A DNA stretch of 64,000 nt, from NCBI RefSeq assembly GCF_963921235.1, contig NC_086107.1:111850001-111914000 (forward strand). The letters run 5' to 3'. Each line of letters begins with the position of its first letter. Positions within the stretch are counted from its first letter, which is position 1. The notes below the pieces were generated by a model. The model did not search any database. It saw nothing but the letters and a program-made list of their open reading frames with translations, and had not been told where the DNA came from. The stretch is from Mobula hypostoma. Lineage: Eukaryota. A program made the position numbers and the translations under genes. Below, piece by piece: positions 53,901 through 63,900 of the stretch.

Positions 53901-56900
53901 CACCTGATGCACCAAACAAGATGCAGGAGGGAACTTTACCTTTTACCTTTTACCTAAGAAGCCGCTGGAAACTCTGCTTAAGCCACAAATGATATACCCT
54001 CTGTGGTCACTTTATTGGATATCTCCTGTGCCTAATAAAGTGGCCACTGAGTGTATGTTCATGGTCCTCTGTGCTGTAGCCCATCCACTTCAAGGTTCGA
54101 TGTGTTGTGCATTCCGATGCTCTTCTGCACACCACTTTTGTAACATGTGGTTATTTGAGTTACTGTCGCCTTCCTGTCAGCTTGAACCAGTCTGGCCATT
54201 CTCCTCTGACCTCTCCCATTAACAAGGCATTTTCACCCACAGAACTTGCGCTCACTGGATGTTTTATTTTTGCACCATTCCCTGTAAACTCTAGAGACTG
54301 TTGTGCATGAACATCCCAGGAGATCAGGAGATCAACAGATTCTGAGATACTCAAATCACCCTGTCTGGCATCAACAATCATTCCCCAGTCAAAGTCACTT
54401 CGATCACATTTCTTCCCCATTCTGATGTTTGGTCTAAACAACAACTGAACCTCTTGACCACATCTGCATGCTTTTATGCATTGAGTTGCTGCCACTTGAT
54501 TGGCTGATTGGATTCCAATAATGAGCTGGTGTACAGGCGTACCTAATAAAATGGCCACTGAGCGTACATCTCCAGATAAGTGAGTGCCAGAAATTTTCTA
54601 AAGAATTTCTCATACCTGGATCCCCTCAATGTATGGCTTTAGTCACTGATAACCCACATCCAAAGGCTAAAGACTAGCACATACCTCGCACTGGAGCCCA
54701 CTGCATGGGCGGTTTCTCACACCAATTAACCCTCTCTCTGCCATTCTCTTGACAGATCCATCATCAGTCACTAATCTCTCTGTGGTCAACAGTACAACGG
54801 TCTCATTTGAATTAAAATGGACAGCACCAAATGACTCAAGAGCCTCTGACTATACCTACAATATCACTGCTACCAGAGTTGCTAGCAGATCTAGCTACAG
54901 AGATCTAAATACTGGTGTTAGCACATCTTCAGTCACAGATCCAGGCAGTACAGAGTTCAACGTGACGGGACTGGTTCCAGGGGAACAATACGAGCTAACC
55001 GTGAAGTCAGTCACTCCCGAGAACACCCTGAGCGCCCCTGTGATGGTGACAAACACCACAAGTAAGTAATTCTATAAAAGTCAGTACCTGCTACACTGTC
55101 TCAATGACAAGATACAGGATGAGCCCATGGCAGTTTAGGAAATGCACTGACATGGACTGAAGATTGGCTGTCTGAGGGACGGTAAAGAGTGGAAATAAAG
55201 GGGGCCTCTTCTGCATGGCTGCTGGTAACTAGTGGTGTCCTGCAGGACTTGGTGTTGGGTCCATTGGCTCTCGTGTTCTACATTAATGCAAATAATCGCA
55301 TTGGGACCAACAAGACAGGAAAAGGTGAGACAACGTTCATAGTGAGAGACCTAGATCTTGGGGATCAGTACAATCTATCAGTGCAGTCGGAAACTCTGGA
55401 GGATACACTGAGCTCTCCTGAGGAGGTGACAAACACCACAAGTAAGTAACAGTGGAGGAGTATAAAAAACTATTAATTATGCAACCAAAATTACTACTTG
55501 GGCCCTTAGCTCCCCATAGAGCATAGGCCATTGATGACCTCCCACCTCTATCGTCTCTGAAGTCAATGGTACTCCAGGACTGATTCCAGGATTGAAGAGC
55601 TTGTCATATGATGAGCGTTTGATGCCTGTGGGCCTGTATTCACTGGAATTCAGAAGAATAAGGGGTGACCTAATTGAAACCTATCGAATGGTGAAAGGCC
55701 GTGATAGAGTGGATGAGGAGAAGATGTTTCCTATGGTGGCAGAGTCTAAGACCAGAGGACACTTTCTCAGAATAGAGGGGTGTCTTTTTAAATGGAGATG
55801 GGGAGGGATGTCTTTAGCCAGAGGGTGGTGTATCTGAAGAATTCATTGCCACAGGCAAACGTGGAGGCCAAGTCTTTATGTATATTTAAGGCAGAGGTTG
55901 ATAGATTCTTGATTAGTCAGGACACGAAGGGATAAGGGGGAAAAGGCAGCAGATTGGGGCTGAGAGGAAAGTTGGACCAGCCATGATGCAATGGCGGAGG
56001 AGACTCGATAGGTTAAATGGCCTAATTCTGCTCCTATATCTTATGGTCTTATGGTATGGTTAGAGTTCATCAATGCTTCTGTAATCCATTTCTACCCACG
56101 GTACAGGGGATTTCCCTATACAGCTTCACCAGAGCCCTGTTCACCAGCCTTACTCATTTCCACCTCTCCTGATGGGGGTGTAGGGTTAGATTTTAAGAGA
56201 AATACAAATTTACAGACTCTAATATCATTGGCGGTGACAGTCGAACAAGATGCACAAGTCCAGGTGAGACAGTACTCATGTTGAAAAAACTTATCTCTGG
56301 GCCCCAAAACAAGCTGATGGTGGAGCCTGTCATTCCTGGAAGAACACTGAGTTCCCCCGAGAAAGTGGCAAACAGCACAAACTGGTGAACCAAAGAACGA
56401 ATTGCTTGAGGAACTCAGCAGGTCAAGCAGCATCTGTGGAGGAAAGGATTTGTCAAAGTAGCCAGTGTAAATGGGAGTGGGGAGACGAGGGACAGTAGGT
56501 GATTGGTGGACTGAGAAGCAGTGAAGGGTTATAGGCAGGTGAACTCAGGTGAGGATAGGGTGAAGCTGGGAGACAGAGGGAGATGGATGACAAAGAAGTA
56601 AACAAGGCAGAGAGAGCCGCATGGGGATGCAGGCCAGTTGCTGTATCACTGCAACACTGATTCCTGGCCAAGATATAGTTCTTAAAATGCTCTCTTCATG
56701 GTGGCCTGGGACAATGTCATAATTACCTGTAAACGAAAACTATTTTAAAATTTGTTATGTGTTCTTTCCTGGTTTAGCTCAGAGTATTCGCAAGCGAAGG
56801 AGACGACACACATGTTCAAGGCCACAGGAGAACTCTTTACTAGAACTAGCACAAATCCAATACAGAAATAAATAAATAAATGTGTTATGTGGGAGCAGCA

Positions 56901-59026
56901 GAGAAATCAGAATGGCAGTTTGGCAGTTCAAGTGATGGTTTAGTACACTATCCATCCTTCTTAGATGCTGATGGGCTATAGCTTCATTTCCCTTTTCTTC
57001 AATTTTGTTTCAATACCAAAAAGAACTAGAGGTACGAAAAGATGAAAACTAATTGTGGGGACCACTTTATCTGCCACAAACCGAACTTCCCAGTGGCCAA
57101 AAATTTTAATTCCCATTGACATTCCAGTTCTGACATGTCAGTCCATGCCCATGCCCTCCTCTTGTGCCGTGACGAGGCCTCCCTTAGCATGGAGGAGCAA
57201 ACGTTGTATTCCGTCTGGGTAGCCTCTAACCTGGAGGCATGAATATTGATTTCTCCTTCCCGTAGAAAAACTACCCACCCCCATTACCCTCTTCCTCTAT
57301 TCCCCACTCTGACCATGCCATTACCCTCACCTACCTATCACTTCCCCCTAAGTCCCTAATACTTTCTCTTTCTCCCATGGTCCACTCTCATCTCCCTTCA
57401 GATTCCTTCTTCTCCAGTCCCTTACCTTTCCCATCCACCTGGCATCACCTATCACCTTCCAGCCAGCTCCTTCCCCTTCCCTAAATTACTTTTCCGGCAT
57501 TTTCCCCCTTCCTTCACAGTCCTGAGGAAGGGTCTTGGCCTGAAATGTCAACTGCTTATTCCTCTCCACAGATGCTGCCTGACCTGCTGAGTTCCTCCAG
57601 CATTTTGTGTGTGCTGCTCTGGATTTCCAGCATATGCAGATTTCTCTTGTTACTAGTTGTGGTGGTCTGTGATTGAACAGTATGGAGTGATGAGAAATGC
57701 TTAGATTTTGAGAAATGGAGTTTGGCTGAACTTCAGCAAGCAGAGTATTAGAACACTTTGCAACTTACTTGCACATTTGACAACAGAAATTTAATTTTAT
57801 TTTTGAGAATGAAATGAAGAATATTGGGAAAGGTGGGTTAAGTTTTAGAATGGCGATCTCTTAGTTTAACATCCACTAATATTAATGCAGATTTTAATCA
57901 AGTTTATGCTAGATGATGTCAGATATTTCTGCCTGACTGTGAGATCACCGCCTATCCATACACAGAGCCAAAGAATAGCACTCACCTTGAAAAGATCACA
58001 ATATCCCACAGCAATCATGATGAGGATGTCTCACACTAATTAACCATCCCTTGTCTTTTCTCCTAACAGATCCATCATCAGTCACTGGACTGTCTGTGGT
58101 AAACAGGACCACAAATTCATTGACAATTCAATGGACAAAGCCAACTGATAGAAGAGCCTCTGACTATACCTACAAAGTTACAGTCACTAATGTGATGAAT
58201 AATGACAAGTGGATCAACAACACAAAAAAAGGCGAGACAAATTTCACAGTGACAGACCTGCATCCTGGAGACCAATACAAACTATCGGTGGAGTCAGTAA
58301 CTCCAGAGGGCACACTGAGCTCTCCTAAGAATGTGAAAAACACCACAAGTAAGTAATTCTGTAAGGGTCAATACCTGCTCCACTGTCTCAGTCAACAACA
58401 GTTCCATTATTATTATGTTTTTAATATTCTTATTGTGTTCGTTACCTTATGGTTTTTTCTGCTGTGTTGGATCCAGAGTAACAACTATTTAATTCTCCTT
58501 ACTCTTGTATCAGGTTGAGTTACAAGACAGCCATTTTTTCTTGTTGTTCCCTTCCGCCCCTTGTGGATTGCATTGGGTGACAACCTTGCCATTTATTTAG
58601 CATTTTTGTCTGTTTTCTATGAGGCTGAGTTGTTAGTTTGATACTCAACCTAGCACAGATGGGAAGTGTGCAAGGAGATGGCCGGATTTGAGCCTGGACC
58701 CACTCGACTCGCACTAATTAACCATCCCTTGTGTTTTCTCTTGACAGATGCATCATCAGTCACTGAACTTAATGCAGTAGAGAGGACAACAATTTCATTA
58801 AAAATTGAATGGATAGAGCCATCTGATAGAAGAGCCTCTGACTATACCTACAGAATTACAGTCACTAATGTGATGGATAATCACAGTTGGATCAACAACA
58901 CAAAAAAAGGCGAGACAAATTTCACAGTGACAGACCTGCATCCTGGAGACCAATACAAACTATCGGTGGAGTCAGTAACTCCAGAGGACACACTGAGCTC
59001 TCCTGAGAATGTGACAGACACCACAA
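5959..59026 (+). CDS. Partial multi-exon gene (span of exons in window): FN3-repeat ectodomain, probably receptor-type tyrosine-protein phosphatase R3 subfamily (PTPRJ/PTPRH-like)
   Basis: A micro-exon and 12 FN3 exons with canonical AG/GT sites join in frame. Domains have the FN3 pattern (P..V..L...TT.SL.I.W..P....Y.I.V...F.V..L.PG..Y.L.V.SV) and many N-glycosylation sequons. Family assignment is inferred from architecture; no TM or PTP exon is visible. Confidence 0.7.
6782..6930. repeat. Degenerate 24-bp minisatellite, 6 units plus a partial unit
   Basis: Units start at 6782, 6806, 6830, 6854, 6878, 6902 and 6926 with a (c/t)ac(c/t) anchor. Confidence 0.8.
7586..8039 (-). mobile_element. 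CR1 3' fragment nested in a sense CR1 fragment (about 7560-8225)
   Basis: RLNKLGLYSLERRSLRGDLIEVFKIM...; ataaccat-repeat tail; host CR1 reads through tggaactcat|tgccaca. Confidence 0.85.
8785..9440 (-). mobile_element. CR1 3' fragment
   Basis: cataagaacataag tail and antisense CR1 ORF2 C-terminus. Confidence 0.8.
9520..10290 (-). mobile_element. Rex1/Babar 3' fragment
   Basis: IIRDPHHPDHALFLLLPSSRRYRSLRTRT. Confidence 0.75.
10487..10724. mobile_element. Penelope-like terminus pair in inverted orientation, with hammerhead motif
   Basis: Arms of about 95 bp are reverse complements; 13-bp TSD gaagctatatcca at 10474-10486 and 10725-10737. Confidence 0.85.
10631..10666 (+). ncRNA. Minimal type I hammerhead ribozyme motif
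   Basis: agtc CUGACGA a ggg ucucgg ccu GAAA cg UC gacu: stem I agtc/gact, stem II, core boxes, palindromic ACGU stem III. Confidence 0.7.
10750..11570 (+). mobile_element. CR1 3' fragment
   Basis: KWEMEFN..KC-like sequence; MRGDLIEVYKIMR. Confidence 0.8.
11750..12080 (-). mobile_element. Degenerate CR1 3' fragment
   Basis: LYSLERDLIEVY; CR1 3' UTR. Confidence 0.7.
13040..13275 (-). mobile_element. Tc1 transposase C-terminal fragment
   Basis: WPPQSPDLNIIETVWDYL motif. Confidence 0.8.
13470..13615 (+). mobile_element. Second tRNA-derived SINE family (copies at about 53735-53870 and 62985-63125; antisense in array units, e.g. 36400-36585)
   Basis: ggccagtggtgtaatagc...ggttcgaaacc head followed by shared body ctttccatc.gtgctgggttgag. 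Confidence 0.65.
14305..14865 (-). mobile_element. Tc1-derived non-autonomous element
   Basis: MGKKCALSDFDCGMIAGARWGGLSISETADLL; taataaagtggccact repeats near both ends. Confidence 0.85.
15035..15395 (+). mobile_element. CR1 3' fragment
   Basis: YKMMRGID...KFFTQRVV..WNGLP; ttctatgtttctat tail. Confidence 0.85.
15596..15632 (-). ncRNA. Minimal type I hammerhead ribozyme motif in a short Penelope-like insertion
   Basis: Reverse complement reads agtcctgacgaagggtctcggcctgaaacgtcgactg. Confidence 0.65.
16235..17170 (-). mobile_element. CR1 fragment interrupted by a sense CR1 fragment (about 16592-16945)
   Basis: LRKDVLALERVQRRFT on the minus strand; nested DLIELYKMMRGID on the plus strand with ttctatgt tail. 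Confidence 0.8.
17665..18420 (-). mobile_element. Penelope-like element 3' part (GIY-YIG plus pyrimidine-rich tail)
   Basis: VVYYVWCSWHGLLYIGETHRKLG; AFHRDPFLRDSLV; degenerate terminal motif. Confidence 0.8.
18493..19053 (+). mobile_element. Tc1-derived non-autonomous element
   Basis: cactcagtggccactttat...taataaagtggccactg ends; same internal sequence as other copies. Confidence 0.85.
20130..20817 (+). mobile_element. GC-rich non-coding element with Rex-like tail (related copy at about 21130-21641)
   Basis: Internal repeats atttaagc...gccgaat.ggaaag; ends aataaatgtgctttgaactttgaacttt like the Rex tail at 3190. Confidence 0.55.
22154..22384 (+). CDS. FN3 exon 1 (divergent, 231 nt)
   Basis: cctag|AT acceptor, ACAA|gtaagt donor; DIQVSPVNTTALKI...LKPGTNYNISIHV...LSTAT. 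Confidence 0.85.
23705..24085 (-). mobile_element. CR1 3' fragment
   Basis: TRGHDLGIEGRPFKREMRRNFFRQ.LVNLWNSLP. Confidence 0.8.
24975..25425 (+). mobile_element. Penelope-like 3' tail
   Basis: tggcatgaacatcgatttctcc, CT-rich tract, cagtcctgatgaagggtctcagcccaaaacgttgactg. Confidence 0.75.
27175..28403 (+). mobile_element. CR1 LINE 3' fragment with stop codons
   Basis: YMDFSKAFDKV, GVPQGSVLGP, SADD; ttctatgt tail; interrupts sequence that is continuous near 35005. Confidence 0.95.
29059..29337 (+). CDS. FN3 exon 2 (279 nt)
   Basis: ttgacag|ATCCA, ACAA|gtaagt; PSPVTGLNSVKRATNLLTIEW...GLNPGVEYRLSVESVT. Confidence 0.9.
29756..32419 (+). mobile_element. CR1 LINE, 5'-truncated, uninterrupted 850-codon ORF2 (endonuclease C-terminal part plus RT)
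   Basis: MGDFN, SDH, YRPVSLTS, LDFQKAFD, GVPQGSVLGP and FADD motifs; 3' tail ttctatgtttctatgt; empty site visible in sister units. Confidence 0.97.
33714..34813 (+). mobile_element. Rex1/Babar-clade LINE 3' fragment
   Basis: TGAPQGCVLSPLLYSLYTHDC, KFADDTTIVG, NNLSLNVSK.KELVVDFRR; aagtat-repeat tail; empty site near 44480 and 26960. Confidence 0.9.
35537..35815 (+). CDS. FN3 exon type A, copy 1
   Basis: ctaacag|ATCCA, ACAA|gtaagt, 279 nt, phase 1/1. Confidence 0.88.
36022..36195 (+). pseudogene. 3' half of an FN3 exon fused to a CR1 RT fragment (copy 1; others at 38350-38523, 40678-40851, 47647-47820, 49975-50148, 55268-55441, 59233-59406)
   Basis: KGETTFIVRDLGLGEQ(H/Y)NLSVQSVTLEDTLSSPENVTNTT with intact gtaagt donor; upstream is CR1-like SEWLPVTSGVLQELVLGPL instead of the normal acceptor and 5' half. 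Confidence 0.75.
37865..38143 (+). CDS. FN3 exon type A, copy 2
   Basis: Same translation and splice sites as copy 1, offset 2328. Confidence 0.88.
40193..40471 (+). CDS. FN3 exon type A, copy 3
   Basis: Same translation and splice sites, offset 2328. Confidence 0.88.
42521..42799 (+). CDS. FN3 exon type A, copy 4 (PEDT variant)
   Basis: Offset 2328; PEGT changed to PEDT; splice sites intact. Confidence 0.88.
45214..45492 (+). CDS. FN3 exon type B (mosaic of exon-2-like 5' part and A-like 3' part)
   Basis: ttgacag|ATCCA...ACAA|gtaagt; NDTRAVNYTY and NVSSINYTK shared with exon 2, TDLHPGDQYKL shared with A. Confidence 0.88.
47162..47440 (+). CDS. FN3 exon type A, copy 5
   Basis: Same translation and splice sites as copy 1. 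Confidence 0.88.
49490..49768 (+). CDS. FN3 exon type A, copy 6
   Basis: Same translation, offset 2328 from copy 5. Confidence 0.88.
50433..51712 (-). mobile_element. Full-length mariner transposon (1280 bp), frameshifted transposase
   Basis: About 40-bp TIRs cgaggggtgattgatac..., TA on both sides; SARWVPKLL, TMDETW, HQDNAPAH and SPDLAPSDY motifs split over several ORFs. Confidence 0.95.
52200..52950 (-). mobile_element. Rex1/Babar fragment (duplicate at about 61465-62215)
   Basis: ERVSNFKSLG.NI.EELTWS..IDAAIKKARQWLYFIRSLRRFG. Confidence 0.8.
53995..54565 (-). mobile_element. Tc1-derived non-autonomous element (duplicate at about 63250-63812)
   Basis: MGKKCDRSDFDWGMIVDARQGDLSISE; same termini. 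Confidence 0.85.
54756..55061 (+). CDS. FN3 exon type C (306 nt, longer central loop)
   Basis: ttgacag|ATCCA...ACAA|gtaagt; PSSVTNLSVVNSTTVSFELKW...GLVPGEQYELTVKSVT. Confidence 0.9.
55580..56052 (+). mobile_element. CR1 3' fragment
   Basis: LSYDERL..GLYSLEFRRIRGDLIETY; tcttatgg-repeat tail. Confidence 0.85.
56203..56380 (+). pseudogene. Decayed FN3 pseudo-exon
   Basis: Manual translation YKFTDSNIIGGDSRTRCTSPGETVLMLKKLISGPQNKLMVEPVIPGRTLSSPEKVANST aligns without gaps to type A YKITVTN...GETNFTVTDLHPGDQYKLSVESVTPEGTLSSPENVTDTT; donor is lost (actggt). Confidence 0.75.
58070..58348 (+). CDS. FN3 exon type A, copy 7 (4 substitutions)
   Basis: Splice sites intact; I>V, E>K, T>K, D>N relative to A. 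Confidence 0.88.
58748..59026 (+). CDS. FN3 exon type D
   Basis: ttgacag|ATGCA...ACAA|gtaagt; ASSVTELNAVERTTISLKIEW... Confidence 0.88.
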
Positions 59027-59696
59027 GTAAGTAATTCTATAAAAGTCAGTACCTGCTCCAGTGTCTCAATGACAAGATACAGGATGAGCCCATGGCAGTT
59101 TAGGAAATGCACTGACATGGACTGAAGATTGGCTGTCTGAGGGACGGCAAAGTGTGGAAGTAAAGAGGGCCTCTTCTGAATGGCTGCCGGTAACTAGTGG
59201 TATTCTGCAGGAGTTGGTCTTCGGTCCATGAGCTCTTGTGTTCTACATTAATGCAAATAATCGAATTGGGACCAACAAGACAGGAAAAGGTGAGACAACG
59301 TTCATAGTGAGAGACCTGGGTCTTGGGGATCAGTACAATCTATCAGTGCAGTCGGTAACTCTGGAGGACACACTGAGCTCTCCTGAGGAGGTGACAAACA
59401 CCACAAGTAAGTAATTCTACAGGAGTTAGTGCCTCGGAACCTGATCCTACATCTGAACCAGTCAGTACTGAAGCAAACCTTACCCTTTAATATCACCGGC
59501 ATAGGTCATGAAATTTGTTGTTATGCAGCAGCAGTACATTGCAATAACTAATAACAAAAATATAAATTACAATTTTATATATATTTTTTGATCTGAAGAA
59601 TACACTTTACAATGGTCTGGACACTACATGAGTGACATAAACTGGGGTCACTGGGTATATATCTACAGTATTGTGCATAAGTCTCAGGTACATATA

Positions 59697-60976
59697 CGAG
59701 GGGTGATTGATACCTTCGTGGCCTAAGGTAGAAGGAGTTAATTTTAGAAACCCTAGCACATTTATTTTTCAATATAGTCCTCTCCTACATGTACACACTT
59801 AGTCCAGCGGTCGTGGAGCATACGGATCCCTTCTTTGCGGAAGTCGGCGTCTTTGACCTCCAGAAAGTGGTCCACAGCAGCGATGACGTCATCATCAGTG
59901 TCAAAATGGCGACCACTGAGTGCCTTCGTCATCCTGGGGATCAGGTAGTAGTCCGAGGGTGCCAAATCAGGTGAACGGGCGGGTGTTCGACGAGTTTGAA
60001 TCGGCATTCCTGGATGGCAGCCATCGCCACGGTGGACTTGTGGGATGGAGCGTTGTCCTGGTGGAAGAGCACTCCTCTTGTCAGCTTCCCGCGCCGAATG
60101 TTCTTGATTTTCTCCCGTAGTTGTCTCAAGAGATCAGCATAGTAGGCCCCTGTAATAGTGTGACCCTTTTCCAGGTAGTCCACCAGCAGCACTCCCTTTG
60201 CATCCCAGAAGACGGAGGCCATCACCTTGCCTGCGGACGTCACTGACTTGGCTTTCTTGGGAGCCGGAGGTCCTGGGTGTTTCCACTGTTTCTATTGTTC
60301 TTTCGTCTCTGGTTGGAAGCTGTGGATCCAAGTCTCATCCATGGTTACAAGTTGCTGGAGAAATCTCTCGGGATCTGCCTCAAAAATGGCTAGATTGTCC
60401 CTTGACATGTTGTGCTGAACCCGCTTCTCATCAGGCCCAAGGAGTTTCGGGACCCAGCGAGCTGACACCTTGGTCATTTTGGAGTTCGTTGTAGATAACT
60501 GCATGGACACATTCCTGGGAGATACCTAGCTCTGTGGCAATTTACTGCTGTGTTATTCATCGATCTGTCCAGATCATGTCATGGATCTTGTCAATGGTCT
60601 GTGTGGTGACGGTGACAGACCTTCCAGGACGGGGGTCGTCTTCCAGGCTCTCTCTGCCACGTTTGAATTCAGCAGCCCACTTCTTCACCATGCGGTAAGA
60701 AGGGGCACCCTCCCCTCGTGTTACCACCCTGTTCTCAAGGATCTCCTTGGGTGATAAGCCCTTGAGACCAAGGTAGCAGATGACTGCATGAAGGCTGATG
60801 TTGTCCATTTTCTCAGACAGTGCTTACTTGTAACTTTCAATTATCTGAAACAGAAATACCATACAAGTTGTTAACCTCAAACTTTCTGCATAAGCATTCA
60901 AAGAGTTGAATTGCAAGTGCGTGTAACGAGAGCTTCTTCTTCTACCTTGGGTCACGAACTTATCAATCACCCCTCG
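59697..60976 (-). mobile_element. Mariner transposon, duplicated copy (1280 bp)
   Basis: Same TIRs, flanks and ORF breaks as 50433-51712. Confidence 0.95.
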
Positions 60977-63900
60977 TATATAGTTAGGATACCTAAAAGT
61001 TTTGCATAGTACTGTAGTAATTTTATGTATTGCACTGTATTGCTGCCGCAAAAAAAAACACATTTCATGACATATTTAAGTGATGATAAATCTGATTCTT
61101 ATATGGGTCCCTATTGTGCGCTGAGAGTGGAGAGGGGGCAGGAAGAGGGGAATCATGGATGGGAAAAGTGGAAGGGAGAGGAGAGGGAGTGGGGAGCACC
61201 AGCGAGGCATTCTGTAATGATCAATAAACCAATTGAATGGAATTGAATGACCTTGCCTGGTGTCTCAGTGCTGGGTTTGCCTGCACCCATGCCATTCCCC
61301 TGCCCCAGAACTCCTTCTCTGCCACCTGTCCTACATCCCTCCATCACCACTCCCAACATCATTTACAAACTCACTCTCTGCTTCACATTGACAAATACAA
61401 TACTGTGCAAAGGTCTTAGGCACCCTAATTATATATACGTACCTAAGTCTTTTCCACAGTACTTTCTATATCAACTAAATTAAATAAGTAATGCAAAAAT
61501 AAAGGAAAGAAAAATACTGAGGTAGTATTGATGGGTTCAACGTCCATTCAGAAATCTGATGGCGGAGGGGAAGAAACTGTTCCTGAAACGTTAAGTATGT
61601 GTCTTCAGGCTCCTGTACCTCCTTCCTGATGGTAGCAATGAAAAGAGGGCATGTTCTGGGTGATGGGGTCCTTGATGATAAATGTTGTCTTTTTGAGGCA
61701 TCGCTCCCTGAAGATGTCCTGGATACTAGGGAGGCTAGTGCCCGTGATACAGCAGACTAAGTTTACAACTCTCTGCTGCTTACGTCAATCCTGTGTAGTA
61801 GCGACCCCTCCCCAGCCCCCAAACCAGATGGTGATGCAGCCAGTCAGAATGCTTTCCACAGCACACCTCCAGAAATTTTCAAGTGTTTTAAGTGACAAAC
61901 CAAATCTCCTCAAACTCCTAATGAAATATAGCCACTGCCTTGCCTTTTTTATAGCTGCATCGATACGTTGGGACCAGGTTAATTCCTCAGGGATATTAGC
62001 ACCCAGCAACTTGAAATTGCTCACTCTCTCCAAATCTGATCCCTCTATGAGGATTGGTTTGTGTTCCGTCATCTTACCCTTTCCCCCTTTCCGAAGTCCA
62101 CAATCAGCTCTTTGGTCTTACTGACATTGAGAGCAAGGTTGTTGCTGTGATACCACTCAACCAGCTGGTATATCTTGCTCCTGTACGTCCGCTCATTGGC
62201 ATCTGAGATTCAGTGCATGTCCTGGGTGCTGGGGTGAGGGTCGCGGCAATGCTTTGACAGATCTGAACGAAAATATAATTTTCTGAATGAATAGTGAACC
62301 GAGATGGATAAGCTTTCAGGGGCAGACTCTCATATGTAACTGTTTCATATTAAAGTGAGCCTCTGCAAAGTGCTTTCTGATGGGAGCGATTACTAAATCT
62401 CCACACACTGAAAGTGCAGCAGCTGATGATGCTGAAGGCAACATATTGACCAACCATGAACACAGACAGAAGCAGTCAGAGGCAGACTGGACGTGCACGC
62501 AGATTAGCTCAGAAGAGAGTGAAAGGTTTTCTCTATAGCATTGGGGGACTGTGTTGATGTTTTTGTAATCAATGCATCTGTCTCCGCTGATGCAGAGACT
62601 ACTGTTGCATTTCCTGCAGCCATAGTTTGTTTTTTAAAAAAATCAAGAGGAGCTAACAGGATGAAAAGAGGAAAACTGTTTTTGCTGTTCAATGAATGTG
62701 CTTCTCAGTGTAAAAGTTGTCACCAAGCTTTTAAAGAAGCACATACAGAATGCTGAAGGAACTGAGCAGGCCAGGTAGCTTCTATGGAAAAGAGTAAGCA
62801 TTCGATGTTTCAGGCCAAGACCCTTCATAAATCCTGTAGAAAGGCCTCAACCCAAAACGTCAACTGTTTACTCTTTTCCAAAGCAGCTGCCTCACCTGCT
62901 GAGTTCCTCCAGCATTTTGTGTGTGTTGCTTTGGATTTCCAACATCTGCTGATTTTTTCCTGTTTTTGTAAAGCTTTTAAAGAAGTCAGCTGGCCACTGG
63001 TGTGCTGCCATCTGCACTGGACTTTGGGGTGAGTGGTCGTGGATTCAGATCTGACCGGCTCTTTGCACGCCTTCCATCCGTGCTGAGTTGAGCATCGAGC
63101 TACCATCTCGGCCTCATAAAACAGACACGAACGAAATGGCAAGGTTGCCACCTGATGCGCCAAACAAGATGCAGGAGGGAACTTTACCCTTTACCTTTTA
63201 CCTTTTACCTAAGAAGCAGCTGGAAACTCTGCTTAAGCCACAAATGATATACCCTCTGTGGTCACTTTATTGGATATCTCCTGTGCCTAATAAAGTGGCC
63301 ACTGAGTGTATGTTCATGGTCCTCTGTGCTGTAGCCCATCCACTTCAAGGTTCGATGTGTTGTGCATTCCGATGCTCTTCTGCACACCACTTTTGTAATG
63401 TGTGGTTATTTGAGTTACTGTCGCCTTCCTGTCAGCTTGAACCAGTCTGGCCATTCTCCTCTGACCTCTCTCATTAACAAAGCATTTTCACCCACAGAAC
63501 TTGCGCTCACTGGATGTTTTATTTTTGCACCATTCCCTGTAAACTCTAGAGACTGTTGTGCGTGAACATCCCAGGAGATCAGCAGATTCTGAGATATTCA
63601 AATCACCCTGTCTGGCATCAACAATCATTCCCCAGTCAAAGTCACTTCGATCACATTTCTTCCCCATTCTGATGTTTGGTCTAAACAACAACTGAACCTC
63701 TTGACCACATCTGCATGCTTTTATGCATTGAGTTGCTGCCACTTGATTGGCTGATTGGATTCCAATAATGAGCTGGTGTCCAGGCGTACCTAATAAAATG
63801 GCCACTGAGTGTACATCTCCAGATACGTGAGTGCCAGAAATTTTCTAAAGAATTTCTCATACCTGGATCCCCTCAATGTATGGCTTTAATCACTGATAAC

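Larger units (their letters stand above)
49769..54753 (+). repeat. Segmental duplication, copy 1 (copy 2 at 59027-64000, runs off the window)
   Basis: Colinear half-exon, mariner, Rex, SINE, Tc1 MITE and exon-C acceptor; offset 9264 drifting to 9247. Confidence 0.95.
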
